NCBI GenBank assembly: GCA_000934665.2
Contig: KZ538633.1
Coordinates: 1 to 57,349, forward strand
Origin: Catajapyx aquilonaris
Taxonomy: Eukaryota
DNA length: 57,349 nucleotides
Direction of reading: 5' to 3'
In this document: piece by piece, positions 21,187 to 33,357 of the stretch
How positions within the stretch are numbered: the first letter of the stretch is position 1
How the letters are laid out: the number at the start of each line of letters is the position of its first letter
Notes under the pieces: model-generated
What the model saw: only the letters and a program-made list of their open reading frames with translations
What the model was told of the DNA's origin: nothing
Database searches by the model: none
Made by a program: the position numbers and the translations under genes

Positions 21187-21886
21187 CCCCTTCGCCCGTA
21201 GATCTAGGCGATAAGATTTGTTTCTGTTCAACTTTTAGGTACTCTGAAGATAAGGACAAGATATTTTACAAATAACAACAGATACACTCTGTACTTACAT
21301 GTTCATGCTCTACACATTGTATGCTTTGGAAACAATTTTCATCATCTAGAAGTAGCAAAGTTAATTTCCAAAAAGATCGGCATAAAAACTCAAAGTTCAA
21401 GTACTACTGGCCAACGGTTAGGCTGATTTAATTATGAAATACTTTAAAATATATGTAATATCTACCCTTTGAACCATGCCAGGGGTATTTGCTGATATCG
21501 TTGTAATTTGCGCGAATTAAATTAATTCTTATCTGCTGCTTGCCTCTCACTGCGGAAAACTCCAAAATTTACTTAATTCTCATGAAGACAATTTCAGCAA
21601 ATTCGTCTGGCACTGTTCTCAAGGTTGATGTGACGTATATTATTACTTATTTCATAATTCTGGTAGTACTTGAATTTTGAGTTATATGGCGATCTTTTGG
21701 GAAATTAATTTTTCGACTTCTAGGCGAGGAAAAGTGTTTTCAACGCATACATTGTGTAGAGCATGAACGTGTAAGTATAGCTGTTATTATTCGTAACATA
21801 TCGTATCCTTATCTTAAGAGTACATGTAAGTTCAACAGAAGCAAATCTCTTCGCCTAGAGCCCTAGATTATCTGGGGGCGAAGGGG
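21187..21886. mobile_element. piggyBac-type long-TIR MITE
   Basis: TTAA|CCCCTTCGCCC...GGGCGAAGGGG|TTAA; related to 27943-31492. Confidence 0.85.
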
Positions 21887-22091
21887 TTAATGGTGTTGAC
21901 ATTTTCCAAAGCGGCAGAAGAAGGTATCGAAGATAAGCATACTTACAAGCTGGGCGAGCAAGATTCCTTCTTCTGCTGCTTCGGAAAATGTCGCTGGCAG
22001 TTGCCTCGATTTATGACCAACACTACTAGTGGTGCCATGAGCAGCAAAAGAGCAAATCGAAGCAATGTGTTGGTTGCTAATTCATCACTTC

Positions 22092-22402
22092 GGGGAGGTG
22101 TGGTGGCCGAGATGGTAATGTCTCGGCTTGCTGAGTGAAAGGCCCCAGGTTCGATCCCCGCCTGGGGAACTTTCCTTTCACCTCCTGGGGAACAGCACAT
22201 GACCCATCAGCTACGACATTGCACCTTGCACCCATGTTCCCTCCCCAAAAATCTGTACCCTTTCCCATTGTCCCTGTTTCCTTGCACCGGTGAATGAAGC
22301 AGAAAATATATACAGAAAACTGATGGTGGTATGCCACCCCCCTATAGCACCCATAAGGGTCATCACGGGGTAAACTAAATAAAATAAAAATAAAATAAAA
22401 TA
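22092..22402 (+). mobile_element. Full-length tRNA-derived SINE
   Basis: A/B boxes (TGGCCGAGATGG, GGTTCGATCCC), (TAAAA)n tail, 13-bp TSD AATTCATCACTTC. Confidence 0.9.
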
Positions 22403-22648
22403 AATTCATCACTTCAATTTTGATATGCTCTTTTGCTGCCAGTGGCTTGTGGCACCAGCAGTATGACACCGTTAATGTCCAGCACTGTAGTGTACACTAT
22501 TTTATGTGCACTGTGATTTTTATGAGAGCCAGATAACAGCCTTTGTTATCATTGTTATTGTAACTTGCATAGCAATCACCAGTGGTGGTGTCATTTGAAC
22601 ATTGCAAAATCAAAGTATATCAATATTAATGTTGTGTTTTATTCTCAG

Positions 22649-22786
22649 TGAAGTGTCCACAATGTAACTGCATTGCCAATTCAACAACCAAGAGACTAAT
22701 ATGTGACTCATGTGGGCATGTGAAGTGCCGTAGTTGCCTTCTCTCAGAAGAGACAGGCTGCAAAACATGCCTGAGAAATGCTGAAG
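22649..22786 (+). CDS. ZNF exon, RING-like ([40 protein letters not shown])
   Basis: attctcag acceptor, gtaatg donor; CxxC...DxCGHxxCxxC...CxxC pattern. Confidence 0.8.
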
Positions 22787-25700
22787 GTAATGAAAGTCAA
22801 ATTTTTATAGCATAGTTAACTGAAAGGGAACATTCTAAGTGTAAAAGTTCAAGCCAACATAGAACTTACCACCACAACATGCAAAGCTAAATTTTGATCA
22901 AAAGTAGAATGTTATATCCTAGTGCAAACAGTGGTAAGGTAAAACTTCAAAAATTCTTTTGACTGAGCTACTAGTTTATTTCATTCATATGAAATAAAAG
23001 CACAACCGACAGCTGAAACTCTTGTAATATTGTTATTTAGAGCAAGAGAAGGTTGCCGAAGGGGCAGGCAAGACTGATGTGGAAAATTCTGGGAACAAAG
23101 CAATTTTTAACAACAGCATTAATATAAATGAAGAAAATGTTGAGAAGGAGCTCAAAGCTGACCATGCTGGTGTTTCAAAGAAACGACGGAAACTGTTGGC
23201 ACTGAAGCACATCATCATATTAAATAGTAAGTACAATCTTCTACTTGACTGGAATCATTTTCTTAATAACTCAGTTTGGTAAAGAAGTATTTTGATGCAT
23301 CATTTTAACCCTTTTGAAAAACTGTCAAGAACTGTTAGGCTATATTCTCATTGGGAAGCTCTAATAGGATGCCACGAGAACATAATGTTCTGAACCGAGT
23401 TTGGAACTAATGAAAGAGCTTTGTAAGGCTAAGCCACCACTGGACATGTATTAATGTTATTTGTGACAAAGTTGAGGACTTCATTTTGCAGATCCATTTG
23501 GGGATTTTAGTTACACATTGTTCAGAAATTCTTCCTAAACTTTATGCAGGTGGCCAGTGAACTTGTTTAACTTGTGAAACATTCACTTTTTAAACATGTA
23601 AATAACAATTGTGTGTTTTCTTAGTTGCCTGGAGCACTCGCAGTTTTTAAAAGGCACAAGTTGATGTAACAGTCGTGAGCATAAATATATGGACAGTAGG
23701 CCAGAGCTCTTCCTCAGCCTGAGGCCTCCTTGCATGACCTCCGCCCCTTACCAACAGCACCAGGGTAGGCCTACTAGTCTAGGATATGCCGAGAACACCA
23801 TATGCTGATTGTGTAATGATGACACTGGCTGCGCCTCTACTATCAAGGGGAGTACTACCGTCCACATCTTTATGCTGGCGAATTTACCTATATATGTCAT
23901 CTCAGGGATTTGTGTCCTGCAAGGAAATAATGTCTCCATCACAACACCAGCTTTATTATCTCTCACGGACCAACTGTAAAGAATTTGCACATGCGTGACA
24001 ACTGGATTTTAATATTTTGTGAGAACAAGGCTAACCTGGATGAAAAACTGAGGAATTTAATTTGTAGCATTGATGTAGAGGATCAATGGACAGATTCTGT
24101 GACCTCCTGCCTGATTGACCATCATTCTGACCACAGCATGTGCCACCTTTGGCACTTTTTAGATTTAGAGCAATAGCAGGCCACAAAACTGAAAGCAGGA
24201 AAATTGTGAACACTACAATTTTGCAATCAGAAGTGTAACAACTATCTACCTGGATTTTTGTCTCATTTTACTGCAAGGGCAGTGTTGAAGTTTAATGAAA
24301 CATAATTGTCATTAAGTGCATTAAATAGCATTATTTATACACAAATTTTAACTATAATTATTGCTTAATTGTGGCATGTCAAATTCTGCTTATGATTTCA
24401 GGTGATCCTCCACAATATCAATGCAAAGATTGCTTGAAAACCTTCAAGACTCGGGCACATATAAAGTACCATGAGTTTTGTGGGTCTGGGGAGAAGCCAT
24501 ACAGATGTGATGTATGTGACCAAGGATTTATCAGTAAATCACATTATGAGTACCACCAACGAACACACACTGGTAATTATTAAAGCGGCGCAGTACCAAA
24601 TATACTGTAACAATGCGGAGCCCTTGGCGACGACCCAAACAAACTTGCATATGCATAGGGCTGAATCTTCGACGTATCGCGCAAACCTGCGGGAGGGACG
24701 CGGAAACGGGGAGATACCATACCTTCCACATCTGCAGGTTTGCGCGATACGTCGAAGATTCAGCCCATAGGCAGCATATGGAGATTCGACATGTCTACAT
24801 TTCTGCGCCTGTATGGCCTCAAAAATGGTTCAATCATCACATAAATATATTAAACCAAAAAATAGTACATGATCTGGCGCAGGCACCTAGTTCGTCTTTT
24901 TTCAAATTTCGCCCTAGAAATGACTTTACGGCGAGTTTAAGCGAGAGGAAAACGATGTTTCGGAAAAGTCCATCTGAATAACATGGCGAAGAAATTGCGA
25001 CAAAATCTCGCACGCTTCTGCACCCTTATGTCCACAATATTAATGCAATTGTGTCGAGTATGGTACCATTGTCGAGGCCAAACCTTTGCGCAGGGCACCT
25101 AGTTCATGTTTCCCAGATTAACGAAGAGTTTCACAACAAAAAAATAAAGGTCCCTACGAAATGTGCCTACCTTATTTTTGCTACTGCGCTGCCTTAACCT
25201 ATTGTTATGTCACTGATGCCTTATTTCATAATACACAAAATATCTTACAGGTGAGCGACCTCACAAATGTGATGTATGCCAGAAGGGATTCAGTCAGAAG
25301 GCAAAACTAAGACGACATATGCAGACACACTCAGGTATTATCAGTTTTTTGGTGTAGAATAGCAATTATCCTACCCTTTCTTTATGGACTTTAGCCATTC
25401 TACAAGCCTGTCCATGATGCAGTTATGTTTGAAACTGATCGTGACTTCCTAATATGATGATGAATTTGGAGTGCATGTAGCTGTCTGATTCGTTGTGCAA
25501 AATAATACCTAATCCTATGAGCTCTTATCTCACCACAGACAAGGCTAACTACAGCCACATGCCAAGCATGTCATCCCAAGTCACGGACTTTCATATGACT
25601 CGATCCTCTGATATATTTCTATCCTCTCCCAACCCCTCAGAGCACCAGCTTTTCCCTATATACGAGGGCAAATCAGAAAGTAATTGAAAACTTTTATAAT

Positions 25701-28700
25701 ACAGAAGTTTCACTAGAGACCTGCCAAGTGCTTCTTCATTGGTCCAAAGAGATGGTAGACCATGGTTAAAACCGTCTCTTTGGACCAAAAAAGAAGCAGC
25801 TGGCAGGTCAGAACTTCAGCGTGGGTGGGAAGCCAGTGGGGGATGGCCTCTTTCACTTCCAATATGTTGCTGAGCTCTTGAGAAGCTGGTGCTTCTTTTT
25901 TGGTTCAAAGACGTGGTTTTACCCATGGTCTACCATCTCTTTGGACCAATGAAGAAGCACCTGGCAGGTCAGAACTTCAGCGACATCAAGGAAGTGAAAG
26001 CGAGTGAAAGAAGCCATCCCCCACTGGTTTCCCACCCAGTCTGACGCTTTTTTCTGCAGGGGTATGGAAAAGATAGTGTCCCGCTGGGACAAATGCATCA
26101 AAGTGTATGGTGACTATGTCTAAAATTAGAGAAAGACTTGCCCTTTCATATGCATATCTCAGTTTCAGTTTCTTTAGTGAAACTTCTGAATTTAAAAACA
26201 TTTAAATTACCGTATTTACTCGCATATAAGACACACTTTTTTTCCGATTTTTGTAGCTCAAAAAGTAGGGTGCGTCTTATACGCGTGTGCGTCTTATACG
26301 GCAGGGCACAACGGGTGAAACCCGTGAGAAATCGTGAAAATCGTTTATTGAAAAATTGAAGCTTGTCGGTTTGATGTCCTGTCAGCACAGTTGATCACTT
26401 TCCTCTTGAAATCGGCACGGTACAACCTGCGTTTCTCCTTCACTTCCATTGATATGCTCTCCCCGTCCCCACACGTGCACAATTCCGATGTGACCTTGCC
26501 ACCTATACGTTTCAGATGCGTAGCATTGTCCCATTTTCCACTTGCCCCCCCCCCCCCTTTTTTACTGGATTCTAATGGATTCCACACGCACATGCATTGC
26601 ACACGAGGTTGCTGCCGGCAGCTCGATGCCAGTTCCCAAACTACAGCAATAAATCTGGGTGCGTCTTATATGAGTCAACAACCGATTTTCCACGATTTTT
26701 CGCCTCAAAACCGGGGTGCGTCTTATACGCGTGTGCGTCTTATATGCGAGTAAATACGGTACTTTCTGATTCACCCTCGTACTTGAAAGCCATGCCTCAT
26801 TAGCATTTTGAACGTATGCACTCAGATTCTTTCATTCATAATTATGCCGTCAGATGTGAGAGGACCGTAACTCAATATCCACTTCCCTTGCGGCGAGAAA
26901 AAGAAAGCAAGTGTTACCGAAAGCATCCAAGAGGTGGTGTTGGGGGAAGGGGGGAAAGGAACGGCATCCCAACGGTGCTTTTGGTACCACTGCTTTCTTT
27001 TCTCGCTGCAAGGGGAAGTGGACATTGAGTTACGGTCTTCTCATATCTGACGGCAGAATTATACTCAATCACTGGGCCGGAGGGAGGCCTGCTACCTCCT
27101 GGGATTTGAGTGGAAAGTATGACCGCTCATATCTGAAATGTTGCATAGGTTGCTATATCTATGGATGAGTGTGAACACATCTCCTTCCTTGTCCACCATT
27201 CCAGGGCCAGTAGCTGAAATCACCACTGAACACAGATGCCTAAAAGTGACATTTTTGGCTACCACCATAGTTGACTATTACTCTGTGAGATAGAATTGTG
27301 GATGAGGTCACCTTTAAATAATAACTCATGCTGCATGACTAATGTGAACAGTTGCAAATTAGTTTCAAATATGTAGCTTCTACAACTTGTGGTACTCTGT
27401 CTGAATTCTAGGTGATTAATTTAACTCTAGGGAAGACTGGCTGATCTGCCAGGCTACCTTGGTTATATTTTTTTAAATTTTAAAATATATGTGTTGGATT
27501 TCGCCAACCACGAAGTTTTCCTGGGCTAACCATGTGGCTGCTTGACTATTTTTCTGTTTAATCACTGATTTCCCTGGCTAGAGGCTAGACTAACCTAGTG
27601 ATCAGCTTTAGGAGATATAAATAACAGAATAGTGTCACTAGTTTCTCTGAATTATTTTTGTTTTAAGAATAATACCCATTGTTTCAGTTGAACGAAAGTA
27701 TGTGTGTGAGGTGTGTAATCAGAGGTTTACAAATCCTGATTACCTCCAAGCTCACAAAGTGGTGCATAAAATGGACTTCCCACATAAGTGCAATGTATGC
27801 CAGAAGACATTCAAGACCATCCCGTACCTTAAAAAGCATGTTGCTACTCACCGAGGTCAGTGCTTTGATTAGAGATTCACTGGAACATTTGGTGGTAATG
27901 AGTGAGCATATCATAAAAACAATTTTTTCTCTGACTTGTTAACGCTTTCGCCCCCAGCCACCTAGAATCTAGGCAATGAGAACTCGACCGTGCTGTACCA
28001 GTTATTCCCGCCATCGCCTAGTTTTCCGCTTAAGCGTGCGCTGAAGATATGAACCAGATATTTTACAAATAATAACAGCTATACGTACCCGTCCGTGAAA
28101 AACACTATGAATGTGTTGGAAACAATTTTCCTCCCATAGAAGTCCCTCAATTAATTTCTAAAAATGTCGCTGTAAAAACTCGAAATCCTAGTACTGCAGA
28201 CCAACTGTTAGGCGGATTTAATTATGAAATACGTTAAAATACATGGAATAACAATCTTGAGAAGCGTGCCAGATGAATTTGCTGAAATCATCGTACTTTT
28301 CGAGAAATAAGTAAATTTGGGAGTTATCCAAAGTGACAGACAAGTCACAGAAAAGTATTAATTTGTTTCTCGGAAAGTACAAGGATCTCAACAGTCTTCT
28401 GGCATGGTTCTCAAGATTGTTATTCCGTTTATTTGAACGTATTTCATAATTAAATCAGCCTAACAGTTGGCCGATGGTACTAGGATTTTCATATTTTACA
28501 GCGATATTTTTGGAAATTAATTTACGGACTTATAGCCAAGGAAAATATTGTTTCCATTACATACGTTGTGTTTTGCATGATTGGGTCAGTATAGCTCAGT
28601 GGTTTCCAAGTGGTGGGTTGTGACCCCCAGGGGGGTTGCAGGGAGGGTCATGGGAGGTCGCGAGCCTTGGTTCAACTTCTAATTTATTTTTCTATATTTA

Positions 28701-31700
28701 TGCCCAATAATGAATAACACAGCGCAACAAAAAAAAACTTTCGGCGTGTTATTCGGAAACCACTATGCACATCATGTTAGTAGGACCCAAAGTATCTGGG
28801 AAACGCCCGGGATTTCTCTCCCAAAATCTGCAGTGGGTCAGGGTGACCAAAAATGCGCAAAATTCAAAATATTGACGTTTTTTGGCCTATTTCCAGGTCT
28901 GGCAACCACTGTAAGTTTCGGATTTTGTTTTTGCTGGCATTAGGTGTTACCTGGGACTGGTCTGAAGCCACTATGGTGTTTAAAGTCAATCTTTTATAGA
29001 AACTGTGGTTTTCCAGGGTCCTTTTTATGGAAAAAATTCCGATTTTTGGTACTTTTTCGTCAATTTTTGGGGAACAGTGTATGGACTTTTCTTTAAAAAA
29101 AGTGTAGCGTAATGGGCTCTTTAGAGACCCTACAATCAAGGAATAATAGTAGAACTTTCCTATGCAACCCTAGTACGCGTGTGCAAAAGCCTAATCTTGG
29201 GTAAAATCGCGTTTTTTCGCATTTTTGGTGATTTGACTTTTTTCAACATTTAAAACCAGATATTCCTCGGCTTTAAAATATATGAATTCTTCTGAGTCTA
29301 ACAAACTGTCAGGGACCCCCATAGTATGGAAAAAGACTATTATTTCCATAAGCAACCCATGTACGCGTGTATTTTTTTTGTACGCGTACGCGTACATGGG
29401 TTGCTTATGGAAATCGCAGTCTTTTTCCATACTATGGGGGTCCCTGACAGTTTGTTAGACTAAGAAGAATTCATATATTTTATAGCCGAGGAATATTTGG
29501 TTTTAAATGTTGAAAAAAGTCAAATCACCAAAAATGCGAAAAAACGCGATTTTACCCAAGATTAGGCTTTTGCACACGCGTGCTAGGGTTGCATAGGAAT
29601 GTTCTACTATTACTCCTTGATTGTAGGGTCTCTAAAGAGCCCATTACGCTACACTTCTTTTTAAAAAAAGTCCATACACTGTTCCCAAAAAATTGACGAA
29701 AAAGTACCAAAAAACTGAATTTTTTCCATAAAAAGGACCCTGGAAAACCACAGTTTCTATAAAAGATTGACTTTAAACACCATAGTGGCTTCAGACTTGA
29801 CCCAGGTAACACCCAATGCCAGCAAAAACAAAATCCGAAACTTACAGTGGTTGCCAGACCTGGAAATAGGTCAAAAAACGTCAATATTTTGAATTTTTCG
29901 CATTTTTGGTCACCCTGACCCACTGCAGATTTTGGGAGAGAAATCCCGGGCGTTTCCCAGCTACTTTGGGTCCTACTAACATGATGTGCATAGTGGTTTC
30001 CGAATAACACGCCGAAAGTTTTTTTTTGTTGCGCTGTGTAATTTAAAAATAAAAAATTGATAACACTGTGTACGAGTTGTATGTTTGAGCCATAGTTCGG
30101 TGAGTGAATCCAGCAACGTTCACCCTCATGCTCTCCTCTATCTGCGGAAGCCCCCACTACCACCGTGCCCGGTATGGAGAGAATCAAGCTGCACTTGCAA
30201 TTATTTAAAAAAAAAATTGTGTTAGCTGGCATATTTTGCGGATGTATTTGAGGAGCTGAGCTGTGCTCAACACTTCTCTGCAAGGGGCCAAATCAATGAA
30301 CATTTTTTCATCGCATGAAAAAATAAGTGTATTCAATTAAAACTCTGACTCTGGCTGGCAGAAAAAAGTGGAGCAATCTTCATTTGAAATGTTTCATCGT
30401 CTGCAAGAGTATATCGAGGACAGTGTCGCAAAATTCAAGAGCGAGTCACCTCCACACATTTGCAAATTCTAACGGAGGGTTGCAAAAAATATTTCGGTGA
30501 CATTGACATAGCAGATGTCGGGTAGGTTCGAAATCTCTTCAGTTAGTTTTCAAAGGAAAAACTGTCTGCTTATGAATGAGAGCAGCTCATTGATTTATGC
30601 TGAGATCGCACATTGAAAGATAAATTTCAAGATGGAGAATTGACGAAGTTCTGGCTGGATGTGCAGGGGGAATACCTGGGATTAAGGGGGCGCAGCTGTA
30701 AAAATATGGTAACACATTTTATAGGGAACTTAATTTTTTGTCGCGAAATGTGAATCTCGAAGAACGCGGACAAAGATTTGGCCTTTAAAATGGTACCATA
30801 CTCGACACGACTGCATTAAAATTGTGGACATGCGGCCTCAGAAATGTGTCCGATTATTTCGTGATTCTTTCCACCATGTTAAATCAAATTGACATTTCGG
30901 AAATACTGTTTTCCATTCACTTCAACTGGCCGTAAATGTAATTTCTTGGGCGAAAATGGCAAAAAAAACAACGAACTAGGTGCCCTGTGCCAAATCATGA
31001 AGTTTTTTTCGTACAATTTCTGTGTCAATTGAACCATTTTTGCGGCCGTACAGAGTGTATGTTTTCTGGAAAGGGGGCAGTTGTAGGAGGGGCCAGGGTG
31101 GGGGGGGGTCGCACATTTATGGAAACATGTTTAGGGGGTCACATTTGGTAAAAGGTTGGAAACCACTGGTATAGCTGTTACTATTTGTAAAATATATTGC
31201 CCTTACCTTCCGAGTACTTGTAAGTTGAACAGGAGGGAAAATCTAGGTAGAAATATAACAGGGCGATCATTTTGGATATTAATTTATGGACTTCTATGCG
31301 AGTAAAATTGTTCCCAACACATGCATTGTGTAGAGCATGAATGTAAATGTGTAGGTGTGATTATTTGTAAAATATATTGTCCTTATTTGCAAGTGGAATG
31401 GAAGTGAAAAGAATCTAGGTGCTGGAGGTATAGATGGTACCTGGCAGTCGAGTTCTCTTCGCCTAGATTCTAGGTGGCTGGGGCCGAAGAGGTTAATGAC
31501 GTATTTTGAAAAATAATCTTTTATAGAAAGTAATTCCAAGAATTCATTTACTTAGAATTTGTGTAGCTCTTATCTACACTGAATTTGCAATGAAATATTT
31601 TTGCCAGTCTGAAAGGAGTCCTTCCAAGAAGCTTCCATTTACAGTATGTACTCCTCTTGTAGTGGAGTATCACCACCATTCGATTGTTTTTGTACTTTGT

Positions 31701-32246
31701 ACTATATCGCTCAAAAATATAGAGACGATTTTGCATTTGATCTAAGTGCAGGATGCACTTGAGTCAAATGCAAAATCGTCTATATGTTTTTGAGCGATAT
31801 AGTACATTACTGGAAAATATGGCCTTGTACTATGGCTGCCAAATGTATTGGCCGGAGGTGATGGGTATATACCGCCGCCCATCGGCAGCCGGCAGAAACT
31901 GATGCGCTGGTGACGATCCCTGCCGCTATTAGAGGTGCTTCGGGAGCCGAGACTGGGAGGGTGGGGGGTGGGGGGTATGGGGAGGGCATGCGAAGGATGG
32001 AGACCAGATCAGAGCTGGGGGAGTCGTATGTGTCCGGATGGTTAAATGGGAAAGAGAGCAGATTATGTGGGCTTCGTCGGCTAATAAGCGCAAGGTCACG
32101 GGCATTTTTCAGACTCGGAATTTGTGGATCATTATGATGTCGCACAATTATCTGTGATGCGCGTTGCCCGAGCTGGAAATGTGTCGGTTGTCAGGTCATT
32201 CTTTTATCGATGCAGTATTCCATGCGACGACGATTCATGAATAATA

Positions 32247-32285
<39 letters not shown>

Positions 32286-33317
32286 CACACTGCAAAACAA
32301 TCCGATCGGCTGTAGGTGTTCATTTTTGACTCGACAATATTAACAACAATGAAAACCATGATCCGACCGTGGTCTGATCGCGATGTTCAAGTCCCGCGTG
32401 AATGACGTCATTGAGGTTGGCCGTATCTCGGACATCATTGTTGAAAGAAACAATTGTTTTCGCCACTCGCTAGTTTTTCACTTCCAGCAATAACTTCTGC
32501 AATAACTCCAACACAAATGCACATTATTGTATTACTGGATGTGTCGGTTATGAACAAACTTTAATGTTACTGGCCCGAGAGGTTTTGCAGGTAAGTAAAC
32601 ACATTATCGTGGTTTCCAGCGAGGTTTGAAAATTATTTTTCTTTAGCCACATATCCAGTGCGATTATTTTGGGAGAATTTTTTAAAGCATAAAACATACA
32701 GGGTGTTTCAACTTTTTTGTGCAAACAGTTATCGGAAATATTGCACTCTAAGCTGCTACTTTGTAAGCTGTGACTTGCAACAGGTTTGTCGGAGGAATGG
32801 GGAATATTCCCTGCGAATCTTAGGTTGAAGTGGCATACACTGTTTACAAAGTAGCAGCTTAGTGGAATATTTCCGATAACTGTTCAGACAAAAAAGTTTA
32901 AACACCCTGTATGTTTAATGCTTTAAAAATTCTCCCAAAATAATCGCACTGGATATGTGGCTAAAGAGAAATAATTTTCAAACTTCGCTGGAAACCACGA
33001 TAATGTGTTTACTTACCTTCAAAACCTCTCGGACCAGTAACATTGGAGTTTGTTCATAACGACACATCAAGTAATACAATAATGTGGATTTGTGATAAAG
33101 TTGTTTGGAAGTCACTGCTGGAAGTGAAAAACTAGTGAGCGGCAAAGACAATTGTTTCTTTCAACAATGATGTCCGAGATACGGCCAACCTCAATGATGT
33201 CATTCACGCGGGACTAACATCGCGATTGGACCATGGTCAGATCATGGTTTTCATTGTTGTTAATATTGTCGAGTGCAAAATGAACACCTACATCCGATCG
33301 GATTGTTTTGCAGTGTG

Positions 33318-33357
<40 letters not shown>

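Larger units (their letters stand above)
21171..22487. mobile_element. Outer MITE hosting a piggyBac MITE and a SINE
   Basis: With the piggyBac removed, AGTGCTGGACATTAATGGTGT pairs with ACACCGTTAATGTCCAGCACT. Confidence 0.6.
28597..31168 (+). mobile_element. hAT (Buster/Charlie-type) deletion derivative
   Basis: Perfect 8-bp TSD GTATAGCT; CAGTGGTTTCCAA TIRs; degenerate transposase ([32 protein letters not shown]) at about 30220-30684. Confidence 0.85.
27943..31492. mobile_element. piggyBac-type MITE expanded by nested insertions
   Basis: TTAA flanks; CCCCAGCCACCTAGAATCTAGGC arms; body homologous to 21187-21886. Confidence 0.8.

Noticed and set aside
22092..22170. tRNA gene (also 10167, 14376, 41919, 51540)
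   Set aside because: A/B boxes present but no proper cloverleaf; most are followed by SINE bodies, A tails and TSDs.
29552..30283. 243-aa ORF, longest in the track
   Set aside because: Lies across a palindrome arm and hAT debris; the mirrored arm is interrupted by stops; no domain motifs.
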